24,000 nt of DNA from an uncultured Oscillospiraceae bacterium (lineage in GTDB: Bacteria > Bacillota > Clostridia > Peptostreptococcales > Anaerovoracaceae), in NCBI GenBank assembly GCA_964450985.1, contig CAYVFH010000007.1, positions 4,068 through 28,067 of the forward strand, given 5' to 3'. The notes beneath the pieces are model-generated. The model searched no databases and had not been told where the DNA came from. It saw only the letters and a program-made list of their open reading frames with translations. Positions within the stretch are counted from its first letter, which is position 1. Each line of letters opens with the position of its first letter. The position numbers and the translations under genes are program-made. This document shows positions 1 through 9,238 of this stretch, in pieces.

Positions 1-1174
1 CCTCGATACCGTCTACTCCCGTAACATGGAAAATGCGCACGGCTTTGTTTTCTTTCAGGTTGTTGAATAGATTGACACAGCTCATCTTTGCGGAAACCTG
101 ATCTTCATCCCCACCATTTTCACGGGAGACAATCATACCATAGGTTTCCTCTCCTTCGTTGAGGCGAATCAAAGATAGGCCGCTCTCATTCTCGAAGTCC
201 GCCAGCACTTCTCCACTCATTACTTTTTCGATTCCCCGGGCAAAAAACACGCTGATAATATCCTGAGGCCGAATACCGGCTTCCTCCTTCAAGGTATAAG
301 CCAAAGATTTATTGCCTCGCATCAAAGCCTTGATGAATTCCGCTTTGGCATCTCGTTCCGGGGTATATTTCCACATTCCCATGGCCAGCTCAATGATCTC
401 CGCCAACTTGGTAATCTCCGCCGCAGTATAGGAATCCTCATTGTCCACAATGAACATGAAGTATTTGTCTCCACTGATGGTCACCGGACCCCAGTATGTC
501 AGCACTCCGTTCACATCCAGAAGAGTATACACTGAGGATTGTTCTACGTCATTTTCTCTGGCCCGACCCAAGCTGATGGCATCCGCAATGGTGGTGCGAT
601 ATCTGGTTTCCACCGTCAGAATGGGATTGAAGTCCTCGGACAACAACACCACCTGAAACTCATTTTTAATGGCCGCTTCCCGAAGGGCATCCTGAAAGCT
701 GGCATGCTTTTCAAAGTTCAAAAGGTGAGACACCGTATTATTAATCAGCCGGTTGCCAAATTCATCCTCGTTGACGATGGCACTCATAACCACCGTAATC
801 ACATCTCCCGGTGTGGGTATGTTCCGATTGGCCATTTGAATCAATGGAAACCCCAATCGTTCGGCCTCCGTTATAACTTGAGGCATCAATTTTTTTACCA
901 CGCTTCCCACGTGAAATACACAAAGGCCCACTGCTTTTGCCTTGCTCAATTGACGAATGACCGCCTTTTGCTTTTCCGGATCATCTTTGGCTCCAAAGAA
1001 CCCGGTCAGTACCAGATCTCCGGAGTGGGCCATGTACTTGGCCACCTCTTCCTCCTCCGAAGACTCCAGCATGGACAGGGATCGAATCACCTGATCCAAA
1101 TTCCCTTTGCCGGCCAGCAACTTGGCATCTTTAAAAACATCCATCTCCAAGCACTTGTCCAATTTCAGTTTCAT
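1..1174 (-). CDS. PucR-family transcriptional regulator, N-terminal ~391 codons (3' end runs off the window)
   Basis: Absent from the ORF track because it has no in-window stop. Manual reverse-complement translation from the ATG at 1174..1172 stays open to position 1: MKLKLDKCLEMDVFKDAKLLAGKGNLDQVIRSLSMLESSEEEEVAKYMAHSGDLVLTGFFGAKDDPEKQKAVIRQLSKAKAVGLCVFHVG...IFHVTGVDGIE. The N-terminal pattern (L..A.LLAG..GL...V..v.v.E......w...GdLvLT.g) matches the PucR/purine-catabolism-regulator N-terminal domain as I recall it. SD AGAGGA lies 6 nt upstream. The start is 2 nt after the ftsH stop. The C-terminal HTH that would confirm the family is outside the window. Confidence 0.5.
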   Translation of the reverse strand, partial: MKLKLDKCLEMDVFKDAKLLAGKGNLDQVIRSLSMLESSEEEEVAKYMAHSGDLVLTGFFGAKDDPEKQKAVIRQLSKAKAVGLCVFHVGSVVKKLMPQVITEAERLGFPLIQMANRNIPTPGDVITVVMSAIVNEDEFGNRLINNTVSHLLNFEKHASFQDALREAAIKNEFQVVLLSEDFNPILTVETRYRTTIADAISLGRARENDVEQSSVYTLLDVNGVLTYWGPVTISGDKYFMFIVDNEDSYTAAEITKLAEIIELAMGMWKYTPERDAKAEFIKALMRGNKSLAYTLKEEAGIRPQDIISVFFARGIEKVMSGEVLADFENESGLSLIRLNEGEETYGMIVSRENGGDEDQVSAKMSCVNLFNNLKENKAVRIFHVTGVDGIE

Positions 1175-1176
1175 GG

Positions 1177-3354
1177 CTAATCCTCTTTCTTCTTCCCCTT
1201 GCCGATGCTATCCTGCTTGCCTTTCCCTTTGGCGCTTTCACTTAACTTATATCTTCGGCCACCTTCCCTTTTGGTCAAGGGCTTGGACCGCAAGCATCGC
1301 TCTTCGTGACCGGGTGGCACATCCTCACCCACCCTGTCCTTACAGCCATTCCTTCTAGAAGGTTTCCCTGAGGTTTCCTTGGCCGTTACTTTAGCCGTTT
1401 CCTTTGAAGTCGCCTCATACTTGGCCAGTTCCTCTGCCTCTTTTCTTTCTCGCTCACGCCAGATTCTTTCCGCCTCCTTGGCCTCCTGCTCGTTCATCAT
1501 TTTCCTGGCCTGGCTTTTTTCTTCCACGTCCTTGGCCAGGTCCTCCGGTGTCAGGGTACCATTATATAAGGCTTCGAACTGTTCTCCATCCAGGGTTTCG
1601 ATTTCAAGTAGGGCCTGGGCCACTGCATGAAGCTTTTCCATATGTTGGGTGAGAATTCCTTCGGCCGTCTTATATCCTTCCTCAATGAGACTCTGGATTT
1701 CCTGGTCGATTTCCGAGGCCACTTCCTCCGAATAGTTTTTACGGGTAGAAAAATCTTTTCCTAGAAAAACTTCATCCGATGAGCTGTAATTCACCGGCCC
1801 CAGCTTGTCACTGAAACCATACTTGGTTACCATATCTCTGGCAATTTCGGTGGCACGCATAATGTCGTTGCTGGCTCCTGTGGAAATGTCATCCAAGGTG
1901 AGTTTTTCTGCCACACGGCCGCCCAACAGATGAACGATTTGTTCCTTCATATCCGTCTTGGTGCCATAGTACCGATCTTCCCGGGGCAACACCATGGTAA
2001 ATCCACCGGCTCTCCCTCTGGGAATAATGGTAATCTGATGCACCGGATCGCTATTGGGTAAGCTATGGGCAACGATGGCATGGCCGGCTTCATGGAATGC
2101 CGTCAACCGACGCTCCCCTTCACTGATGACCCGGCTCTTCTTTTCCGGTCCCGCAATGACTTTCGTAATGGCTTCTTCGATTTCATCCATTCGAATCTTC
2201 AGTCCATTCCTTCGGGCGGTAATCAAGGCAGCTTCGTTCAGCAGATTCTCGATATCTGCCGGGGTGAAGCCCGGAGTCCTTCTGGCCAATACCACCGGGT
2301 CCACTTCCGGATCTAAGGGTTTGTTCTTCGCATGAACACGGAATACTTCCTCCCGTCCTTTGATGTCCGGAATTCCAATGACCACCTGGCGGTCAAATCG
2401 TCCCGGTCTCAGCAAGGCAGGGTCTAAAATGTCCGGTCGGTTTGTGGCAGCCAAAATGATGATCCCCACATGCTCGCCGAATCCATCCATTTCCACCAGT
2501 AGCTGGTTTAATGTTTGTTCCCGCTCGTCATGGCCGCCACCCAGGCCGGCACCACGTTTTCTTCCTACCGCATCAATTTCGTCAATGAATATGATGCAGG
2601 GTGCATTCTTTTTCGCTTGCTCAAACAGGTCTCTCACACGAGAGGCCCCCACTCCCACGAACATCTCCACAAAGTCGGAACCGGAAATGGAAAAGAAGGG
2701 AACCCCCGCTTCTCCGGCGGTGGCTTTGGAAATATAGGTTTTTCCCGTTCCCGGAGGACCCACTAGCAAAATCCCTTTTGGAATTCTGGCTCCCAGCTCC
2801 CGATACTTCTTGGGGTGCTTCAGGAAATCCACCACTTCCTCCAGCTCCTGCTTTTCTTCATCCAGCCCTGCCACCTCCGCAAAGGTGACTCGCTTCAGCT
2901 CATCGTCCTTGGCAATTCTGGCTTTGGATTTTCCAAATTGCATCACCTTTCCGCCGCTCTGTTGACGCATTATCATCACCCAGAACACCACAATCACTCC
3001 AATCAACAGTAGGGTAGGCAACATGGAAACATACCACGGGGTCACCACCGGCTCGTTGGATGAGTATTCCAAAGTGCCCGCCTCAATTTGAGGGAACACA
3101 TACTTTTCGTTCAATAGTTGTATGTCTACCAGGGAAGAAGCATAGGCATACACCGTATCTCCGTTTTTCAATTCCCCGGTGAGCTTGGTTTCAGTAATGT
3201 TCAATTCCTGGACTCTTTCCGCCGCCAAATGGTTGGCAAAGGTGGAAAAGGGAACTTCCTCCATGGTCTGGTCTTGGGGCACGCCTCGATAAAACCATGC
3301 CATAAATATAACGATGGCAAAGATTAGCAAGTATACCCCTATGTTTTTAGCCAT
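1177..3354 (-). CDS. ftsH: ATP-dependent zinc metalloprotease FtsH (AAA+ protease) with a long charged C-terminal tail
   Basis: N-terminal TM segment ([21 protein letters not shown]) and a second TM ([18 protein letters not shown]). Walker A GPPGTGKT, Walker [10 protein letters not shown], zinc motif HEAGHA. The ORF track starts at a TTG at 3384. I prefer the ATG at 3354, which overlaps the tilS stop as ATGGCTAA. TTG 3363 and TTG 3384 remain possible. Confidence 0.95.
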   Translation of the reverse strand: MAKNIGVYLLIFAIVIFMAWFYRGVPQDQTMEEVPFSTFANHLAAERVQELNITETKLTGELKNGDTVYAYASSLVDIQLLNEKYVFPQIEAGTLEYSSNEPVVTPWYVSMLPTLLLIGVIVVFWVMIMRQQSGGKVMQFGKSKARIAKDDELKRVTFAEVAGLDEEKQELEEVVDFLKHPKKYRELGARIPKGILLVGPPGTGKTYISKATAGEAGVPFFSISGSDFVEMFVGVGASRVRDLFEQAKKNAPCIIFIDEIDAVGRKRGAGLGGGHDEREQTLNQLLVEMDGFGEHVGIIILAATNRPDILDPALLRPGRFDRQVVIGIPDIKGREEVFRVHAKNKPLDPEVDPVVLARRTPGFTPADIENLLNEAALITARRNGLKIRMDEIEEAITKVIAGPEKKSRVISEGERRLTAFHEAGHAIVAHSLPNSDPVHQITIIPRGRAGGFTMVLPREDRYYGTKTDMKEQIVHLLGGRVAEKLTLDDISTGASNDIMRATEIARDMVTKYGFSDKLGPVNYSSSDEVFLGKDFSTRKNYSEEVASEIDQEIQSLIEEGYKTAEGILTQHMEKLHAVAQALLEIETLDGEQFEALYNGTLTPEDLAKDVEEKSQARKMMNEQEAKEAERIWRERERKEAEELAKYEATSKETAKVTAKETSGKPSRRNGCKDRVGEDVPPGHEERCLRSKPLTKREGGRRYKLSESAKGKGKQDSIGKGKKKED

Positions 3355-4735
3355 TCTGTTCAATGATCCAATATCCTCCTTCAAATTTTATATAATATCC
3401 TTCGCTTGTGCGGGTTCGAAGAGGCCATCCTGCCGGGAGAGAATCTCCCATAACCTCCTCCAGTATATCTTTGCCCAGCACCGCCACTACCTGGTCATTC
3501 ATGGCAATCACCGGCAAGTCCTCTCGCAGCCTCCTGGGTATTTTTTCATCCACATAGTAATCTTGTAGCTTCTTGCGCCCCCCGCCGGACAAAAGCAGAT
3601 AGTCTCCCGGCTTTCGGCTTCGAAGGCTAGCTCCTTGGGGAAGAGTGATCTTATCCAGTGCTTTCTCCCATCCCCAATCTCTCTCTTCTGTGTTTCCATG
3701 CTTTTCATCTTCCCGGAAAAAACGCATTTCTCCATAATTCATTTCACAACCATAACCTCCGGGTAGATGGATTCCGGCTCCGGTTCGATTCTGTTTCAGG
3801 AGCTCCTCCATGGCCGTCAAATGGCTTAATGTATAGTCTTGTTTCATTCCCAATCGATTCAGCATCTTCACATAAATTCTTTTCCGAAGGGAGGGGGCTA
3901 CTTCCATGAGCAAGTCCCGACGAAGGGTATCCCATGACTTCATGGCATTTGTAAGGGCAGTCTCTGCCAACTGGTCCAGAAGGTCCCGATCCTCCCGAGA
4001 ACCATCCGCCAAACGGCATAAAGCCTCTACAATATTGGGATTATATTCCTTTTCTAATATAGGGAATAGTTCCAACCGGATTCGATTTCTCTGATAGATG
4101 GGCTGGAAGTTGGTGGCATCCCGGTGAGGCATCTCGCCTTTCTCCTGTAAGTACTGTTCCAACTCATTCTTTGAAAAGCCCAGCAGTGGTCGAATCACCC
4201 ATAGATTTCCGGCTTCCTGTCGCATATAGTCCATTCCGGCCAAACCGTCCGGTCCGGTGCCCCGAAGAATTCGCATCATCACCGTCTCAGCCTGGTCTTC
4301 CCTGTGATGGGCCAGGGCCACTTTCACCGGCAGATTTTCACCAAACCGGCCTCTATGGTAACGGGCAGCCTCCTGATAGGCTTCGTATCTTGCATCCCGC
4401 CCGGCTTCTTCGCTGGTTTGACCCTTCTCTTTCGCCCGGGCAGCACAATCTATCACCTTGGAATAACAGGGGACATCCAGCTCATGACACCACTGCTCCA
4501 CCTGCTCTTGTTCCCGGTCACACACCCCCGGCCGAAGCCCATGGTTCACATGGACCGCTGCCAATCTGAGTCCCCATTCCTGCCGGATTTGGTGAAACAA
4601 ATGAAAAAGGCACAAAGAATCAGGACCTCCCGAAAGGCCCACCAAGATTCCGTCGCCTTCATCTACCAGATGGTAATCCCGAAGAATCCTTACAAATCGG
4701 TCCATCATGGCTTTTTCCATGGTTTTATCCATCAT
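3347..4735 (-). CDS. tilS: tRNA(Ile)-lysidine synthetase TilS
   Basis: PP-loop motif GLSGGPDS near the N-terminus, about 460 aa as in Firmicutes TilS, located directly upstream of ftsH. No SD precedes any candidate ATG (see promoter 4744..4772). Confidence 0.9.
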   Translation of the reverse strand: MMDKTMEKAMMDRFVRILRDYHLVDEGDGILVGLSGGPDSLCLFHLFHQIRQEWGLRLAAVHVNHGLRPGVCDREQEQVEQWCHELDVPCYSKVIDCAARAKEKGQTSEEAGRDARYEAYQEAARYHRGRFGENLPVKVALAHHREDQAETVMMRILRGTGPDGLAGMDYMRQEAGNLWVIRPLLGFSKNELEQYLQEKGEMPHRDATNFQPIYQRNRIRLELFPILEKEYNPNIVEALCRLADGSREDRDLLDQLAETALTNAMKSWDTLRRDLLMEVAPSLRKRIYVKMLNRLGMKQDYTLSHLTAMEELLKQNRTGAGIHLPGGYGCEMNYGEMRFFREDEKHGNTEERDWGWEKALDKITLPQGASLRSRKPGDYLLLSGGGRKKLQDYYVDEKIPRRLREDLPVIAMNDQVVAVLGKDILEEVMGDSLPAGWPLRTRTSEGYYIKFEGGYWIIEQNG

Positions 4736-4743
4736 TTCAAAAA

Positions 4744-4772
4744 ATTATACCACATTTTTTTGTTTGCAACAA
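4744..4772 (-). promoter_or_regulatory. Sigma-A-type promoter with extended -10 for tilS-ftsH (possibly leaderless)
   Basis: Minus strand reads TTGTTG (4772..4767), a 17-nt spacer, then TGgTATAAT (-10 at 4749..4744), then 8 nt (TTTTTGAA) and the tilS ATG at 4735. The -35 overlaps the T-tract of the upstream terminator. Confidence 0.45.
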
Positions 4773-4773
4773 C

Positions 4774-4800
4774 AAAAAAGACCCTGATTCCAGGGTTCTT
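4774..4800 (-). terminator. Rho-independent terminator after the lipoprotein gene
   Basis: Minus strand reads GAACCCTG-GAAT-CAGGGTC followed by TTTTTTGTTGTTG. GC-rich 6-bp core stem, 4-nt loop, T-tract. It sits 27 nt downstream of the stop at 4827. Confidence 0.75.
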
Positions 4801-4826
4801 TCTTGGTACATTGCCGGAGCATGGGG

Positions 4827-5240
4827 CTAAAAGACCACACTCCCCGCAATATAGTTCGCCGCTGTTTCCAAACCCATTCCTTCAAAAACATAGGAGTCGT
4901 CCGCACGGAAGGACACCGTATCCCCCTCGTAAGACACCTCTTCATATACTCCCGCATCCATGGCCGCCTGATAGGCTTGCTCTCCATGGGCTTTTTCCTT
5001 GTATTGGGTTTCGCTCAGGGTATACGCATAGGTCCCCTCTTCAAAAACATAGGTGATTACTGCGGAAAAATACTCACTCTCTCCTCTCGCTACTACATTA
5101 CCATCCTCAATGGTTACCACCGTAGTGGCATCCTGGGTGTTAGTGGTAGGAACATAGGGGTCTTCTTCCTGTTGTCCTCCACAAGCTACCAAGGCCAACA
5201 TCAGTAATAGCGCTAATAATACGACGAAAAGCTTTTTCAT
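4827..5240 (-). CDS. Small secreted lipoprotein of unknown function (137 aa)
   Basis: The internal ATG at 5240 gives MKKLFVVLLALLLMLALVAC-GGQQEE, a classical signal peptide plus lipobox (LVAC). SD-like AAGGGAAG lies upstream. The ORF-track start at 5393 would overlap tatD and lacks any signal-peptide logic. The mature part is acidic and rich in Y, E and T. Confidence 0.7.
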   Translation of the reverse strand: MKKLFVVLLALLLMLALVACGGQQEEDPYVPTTNTQDATTVVTIEDGNVVARGESEYFSAVITYVFEEGTYAYTLSETQYKEKAHGEQAYQAAMDAGVYEEVSYEGDTVSFRADDSYVFEGMGLETAANYIAGSVVF

Positions 5241-5283
5241 ATGGTTCTTCCCTTTCTGCGATACATTCTTTTTCTTTTTATTC

Positions 5284-6111
5284 TTAGTGGGATATGTCAA
5301 AAAAGCGTTGCCCGTTCTCCCGGGTCTTCCTGGCCACTTCTTCATAGGAAACCCCTTTGATTTCCGCCACCTTTCGAGCCACATGCTCCACATAGGGAGA
5401 TTGGTTGGGCTTGCCTCGGTGAGGCACCGGTGTCAAGTAAGGTGCATCCGTTTCAATCAGCAAATAGTCCAGGGGGACCGCTCTCACCACATCCTGAAGG
5501 CGACGTGCATTGTCATAAGTTACCGGCCCTGCCACGGATATGGTGGCTCCCAACTTGATATATTGCAGGGCTTGCTCTTTGCTGCCACTATAACAGTGCA
5601 ACAATACCCGTGCATCCTCCTTCTGAATCTCCCCCGGTCTCTTGGGAAACCAGCTTCTTCTTTGGGAAGAAAAAGCCCCTTCTTCCTTCAGGATGCGCAT
5701 AACATCCTCGTGGGCATCCCGGTCGTGGATCACAATGGGCATCTGTAATTGGTTGGCCAACTGAATCTGCTGGGAAAACCAATATTGTTGATCCTCTTTG
5801 GGAGACAGGTTTCGATAGTAATCCAATCCCATTTCTCCAATAGCCTTGGCCTTCGGATGTCGAGCCAACTCCTCCAGTAATTGCAACTGGTCGTGGTCAA
5901 ATCCACTGGCTTCATGGGGATGACAACCCACCACCGCATAGCACCAGGGAAAGCGTTTGGCATGGTCCAGGGCCATGGCCGAAGATGCCAAATCAAATCC
6001 GATATCCATCACATAGGAAACGGAAGAACTCTGAATGGCTTGAAAGAGGGCCTCTCGTTGCTCCGGATTGTAAGTCTCATTATTTAAATGGGTGTGAGAA
6101 TCAAATAACAT
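5284..6111 (-). CDS. tatD: TatD-family metal-dependent hydrolase/DNase (YabD-like)
   Basis: MLFDSHTHLN N-terminus (HxH metal motif) plus the later GEMGLDY and HCYSGS blocks typical of TatD. GGAG lies 6 nt upstream of the ATG at 6111. It follows metG as in Bacillus (metS-yabD). Confidence 0.9.
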   Translation of the reverse strand: MLFDSHTHLNNETYNPEQREALFQAIQSSSVSYVMDIGFDLASSAMALDHAKRFPWCYAVVGCHPHEASGFDHDQLQLLEELARHPKAKAIGEMGLDYYRNLSPKEDQQYWFSQQIQLANQLQMPIVIHDRDAHEDVMRILKEEGAFSSQRRSWFPKRPGEIQKEDARVLLHCYSGSKEQALQYIKLGATISVAGPVTYDNARRLQDVVRAVPLDYLLIETDAPYLTPVPHRGKPNQSPYVEHVARKVAEIKGVSYEEVARKTRENGQRFFDISH

Positions 6112-6130
6112 CACCATCTCCAATCCGCCA

Positions 6131-8074
6131 CTACGTAACCGGATTCCCGTCCTCCGCTACTGTGGTGACAAATTCAAATCGCTCTTTGCCATCTACCAGA
6201 TTATCGGCAAACATCAGCATCCCTTTGGATTCCAATCCACGAAGCATTCGGGGCTTCAGGTTGGCTACCACGATTACCTTCTTGCCCACACAATCCTTCG
6301 GATCATGGGACTGGGCTACTCCGGAAATAATCTGCCGGGTTTCTGTACCCATCTTCACCTGAAACACCAATAATTTATCCGCCTTGGGATGGGCTTCCGC
6401 TTGTAAAATGGTACCCACTCGAAAATCAATTTGGTCAAACACATCGTATTCGATCTCTGGCTTCAGGTCCAATGGAACGTTGGGGTTTTTTTCCGCTTCC
6501 TTCATGGCTTCCAAGGCCTCCAGTTCTGCCTCCACATCCATTCTAGGGAAAATAGGCTCTCCCCGTTTCACTTCTTCGCCACCCATTCGATGAAACTGGA
6601 AGGCATCTTCCCAAACTGGCTCTTGATTTTCAATACCCAACTGTCTCCGGATTTCCATGGTGGTGGAATGCATAAATGGATAAATCAACACGGAAACGAT
6701 GCGAAGGGTTTCTGCCAGGTGATACATCACTACATCCAGCCTTCCTCGATTGGATTCCTCTCTGGCCAGTACCCAAGGTGTATTCTCATCGATATATTTG
6801 TTGGCTCTTCGAACTACCTGCCAAATGGATTCCAAAGCCAGGTTGAACTCGAAACGGTCCATATGGTCTTCCACCTTCTCGGCGGCTCCCAAAGCCACTG
6901 CCTGTAATTCCAGGTCGGATGTGGTAAACTCCCCTTTCTCCTCCGGTTTCCCCGGCACCTTGTAATCACAGTATTTCCCAATCATGCTGACGGTACGGGA
7001 CACCAAATTCCCCAGATCATTGGCTAAGTCGTAATTCATCCGCTTAATCATTATTTCACTGGTAAACAAACCATCCTGTCCAAAGGTATACTCTCTCAGC
7101 AGAAAATACTTCAGGGCATCGATACCATAGCGGTCAATCAGTTTCACCGGGTCCACTACGTTTCCTTTGGATTTGCTCATCTTGCCCCCTTCCAGGAGAA
7201 GCCATCCATGACCCAACACTTGTTTGGGTAGCGGCAAATCACAGGACATCAACATGGCAGGCCAAATGATAGAATGGAATCGTACGATTTCTTTCCCCAC
7301 CAAATGAACATCGGCGGGCCAGTATTTCTCAAACAAAGAGGGGTCATCTGGCCAGCCCAACGCCGTGATATAGTTTGAAAGAGCATCCAACCAAACATAG
7401 ATCACATGTTTGTCATCGATAGGTACCGGGATGCCCCAGTCAAAAGAAGAGCGGCTGATACATAAGTCCTCCAGCCCTTGTTTCACAAAAGCAACCATCT
7501 CATTTCTACGGGTATCCGGCATCAGAAAGGCCGGGTTGGTTTCAAATAATTCCAATAGGGCCGGGGCATATTTGGACATACGGAAAAAGTAGGCTTCTTC
7601 CTGCGCCTTTTGAACCGGCCGCCCGCAATCCGGGCAACAGCCCTCTTGAAGCTGACTTTCCGTCCAGAAGCTTTCACAAGGAGTACAATACATACCCTCG
7701 TATTCCCCTTTATAGATATCTCCCTTTTCGTACATTTTCAAGAACATGGCCTGTACTCGCTTAATGTGCCGGGGCTCCGTGGTTCGAATGAAATCATCGT
7801 AGGAAATTTCCATGGTCTTCCAAAGCTCTTTGATGTTTCCTACAATCTTGTCCACATATTCCTGAGGACTCATTCCCGCTTTGTCTGCAATGGTCTGAAT
7901 CTTTTGCCCATGCTCATCCGTACCGGTTAAGAAATGAACATCGTAACCGGCAAGCCGTTTGAACCGGGCCATGGCGTCCGCCATCACAGTGCAATAGGTA
8001 TGTCCAATGTGCAAGTTGTCACTGGGGTAGTATATGGGTGTACTGATATAATAAGTGCCTTTTTTCTCTGTCAT
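6131..8074 (-). CDS. metG: Methionine--tRNA ligase with C-terminal tRNA-binding (Trbp111/EMAP-like) domain
   Basis: Class I HIGH motif (NLHIGHTY) and KMSKS motif (GKMSKSKGN). Zinc knuckle CTPC...CPDC. C-terminal DFRVGTILQAEAHPKADKLLVFQVKMG block. Start chosen at ATG 8074 (MTEKKGTYYISTPIYY) with SD AAAGGAAGGA. The ORF-track 5' extension to 8152 is rejected. Confidence 0.95.
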   Translation of the reverse strand: MTEKKGTYYISTPIYYPSDNLHIGHTYCTVMADAMARFKRLAGYDVHFLTGTDEHGQKIQTIADKAGMSPQEYVDKIVGNIKELWKTMEISYDDFIRTTEPRHIKRVQAMFLKMYEKGDIYKGEYEGMYCTPCESFWTESQLQEGCCPDCGRPVQKAQEEAYFFRMSKYAPALLELFETNPAFLMPDTRRNEMVAFVKQGLEDLCISRSSFDWGIPVPIDDKHVIYVWLDALSNYITALGWPDDPSLFEKYWPADVHLVGKEIVRFHSIIWPAMLMSCDLPLPKQVLGHGWLLLEGGKMSKSKGNVVDPVKLIDRYGIDALKYFLLREYTFGQDGLFTSEIMIKRMNYDLANDLGNLVSRTVSMIGKYCDYKVPGKPEEKGEFTTSDLELQAVALGAAEKVEDHMDRFEFNLALESIWQVVRRANKYIDENTPWVLAREESNRGRLDVVMYHLAETLRIVSVLIYPFMHSTTMEIRRQLGIENQEPVWEDAFQFHRMGGEEVKRGEPIFPRMDVEAELEALEAMKEAEKNPNVPLDLKPEIEYDVFDQIDFRVGTILQAEAHPKADKLLVFQVKMGTETRQIISGVAQSHDPKDCVGKKVIVVANLKPRMLRGLESKGMLMFADNLVDGKERFEFVTTVAEDGNPVT

Positions 8075-8152
8075 AATTATCCTTCCTTTCTGTTCTCCTT
8101 CGAATGGGAAAGAGAACGCGCAGGACCCCTTTGATCCCATTTCGCAACGCAT

Positions 8153-8182
8153 AGTATATCACGAAAAACCGGGGGATGGCAA
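8153..8182 (-). promoter_or_regulatory. Sigma-A-type promoter for metG-tatD-lipoprotein unit
   Basis: Minus strand reads TTGCCA (8182..8177), an 18-nt spacer, then TGaTATACT (-10 at 8158..8153). The predicted leader is about 70 nt and ends in a strong SD. Confidence 0.45.
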
Positions 8183-8187
8183 CCGAA

Positions 8188-9186
8188 TCACGACGGGTTG
8201 TCTTCCTCTTCCTCCGGGTTCATTCCATAAATTTCTCGAATCATGGCTTCCGTGTCTCTGGCATTGGCATGCCAAAAGGATAATTCCCCAATGGGGCCGG
8301 AGTTGCCAGGAACCATATATGTGCTAAAATCCGTCCCGTCCATGCCCACAGCCAGTCGAGCCAATCGAGTGGCAAACTTCACATCAATATCCGAATCCAC
8401 GTTTTGGGAGACCACCTTGGCGGTTTTCACAATGCCGTATTCCAATCCCTGGTCAAAGGCCGCCTTCATGAATTTTTGCTGAGTCCCGATTCTGCCGATA
8501 TCTCCTTCCCGATATCCTTGAGAACCTCCACTGCCCTTTCGGAAACGGATATATTGAACCGCCTTCTCTCCATCTAACACCTGATAGCCTTCTTCAATGT
8601 CAATATATAAAGGAGGGGTGGCCCTGGGGTCTTCGTAGTGCATGTAGAATTCCACGTCGATGGGAACCCCGCCAATGGCATCTACCATGGTCTTTATCCC
8701 CTCATAATCCACCACCGCATAGTAATGAATGGGCATTCCCAATAGCACATCGCTAACCGCCGTGGCCAGACCTACAATGCCTTCGTCACGATGCACCGCA
8801 TTGATCTTTTGGCCTCCCAAATTTCTCTCTTTTCTCGGATAGTTGGTATCTCTGGGCACGGATATCAAATCCACTTCCTTGTTTTTCAAATCCAGACTGG
8901 CTACCATGATCACATCGGTAAGCCCTTCATTGATACCTACCAGCAGCACATTCATCCGTTTGGCATCCTGGAATTCCTCATAGAAAGGACTATCCGGATC
9001 TACAATCACATTCAATTCTTCCATTAAATTATTGGTGCCCGAGAACAATCGAACACCACCCAGTTCCCGTAGCCCAAAACCCAGGGCCAGGAACAACAAG
9101 GTGGCGGCTAACAACACCGGAAGGAACACTTTCCAGAAGTCTTTCCAGATAAAGTTTTCTTTTATGGTAGAAATGGGATTCTTCAT
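8188..9186 (-). CDS. LytR-CpsA-Psr (LCP) family cell-wall polymer phosphotransferase
   Basis: N-terminal TM (VFLPVLLAATLLFLALGF). LCP core blocks MNVLLVGIN...TDVIMVASLDLKNKEVDLISVPRDT...KINAV...PIHYYAVVDYEGIKTMVDAIGGVPIDV. ATG 9186 is preceded by AAGGAG. ATG 9204 (ORF track) has no SD but cannot be excluded. Confidence 0.85.
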   Translation of the reverse strand: MKNPISTIKENFIWKDFWKVFLPVLLAATLLFLALGFGLRELGGVRLFSGTNNLMEELNVIVDPDSPFYEEFQDAKRMNVLLVGINEGLTDVIMVASLDLKNKEVDLISVPRDTNYPRKERNLGGQKINAVHRDEGIVGLATAVSDVLLGMPIHYYAVVDYEGIKTMVDAIGGVPIDVEFYMHYEDPRATPPLYIDIEEGYQVLDGEKAVQYIRFRKGSGGSQGYREGDIGRIGTQQKFMKAAFDQGLEYGIVKTAKVVSQNVDSDIDVKFATRLARLAVGMDGTDFSTYMVPGNSGPIGELSFWHANARDTEAMIREIYGMNPEEEEDNPS

Positions 9187-9238
9187 TCTTCTCCTTGCAA
9201 TCATCAGTTGGTAAAGAATCGTAATAAGAATATGTCTT

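Noticed and set aside
1351-1362. 12-bp perfect palindrome CCTTCTAGAAGG inside the ftsH tail-coding region
   Set aside because: It is a single occurrence inside a coding region, read in frame as PSRR, with no flanking promoter or partner site. It is most likely chance.
4304-5056. 250-aa + strand ORF, with similar long + strand ORFs elsewhere (539..1180, 2360..2737, 5287..5748, 6431..6907, 19040..19484, 22363..22794 and others)
   Set aside because: All lie antisense to well-supported minus-strand genes. They have Pro/His/Arg/Ser-rich low-complexity translations, no SD, and no recognisable motif. The 4304..5056 ORF even runs through an intergenic terminator. They are shadow ORFs, expected when the sense strand avoids TTA, CTA and TCA codons.
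4827-5393. ORF-track 5' extensions: lipoprotein to 5393, metG to 8152, tatD to 6123, ABC-1 to 11558, ABC-2 to 13275, HutD-TM to 16464, carrier to 17887
   Set aside because: The extensions overlap neighbouring genes, often begin at TTG/GTG, and lack an SD. Internal ATGs give canonical family N-termini and are preceded by good SDs in every case except ABC-1.
8075-8187. Expected T-box riboswitch, or another leader RNA, upstream of metG
   Set aside because: Only about 113 nt separate metG from the LCP gene, and the predicted leader is about 70 nt, too short for a T-box. I cannot find the conserved T-box sequence or a terminator/antiterminator pair. There is an imperfect hairpin (GTTCTCCTT...AAGAGAAC, 8092..8117) just upstream of the SD, but nothing identifies it as a riboswitch.
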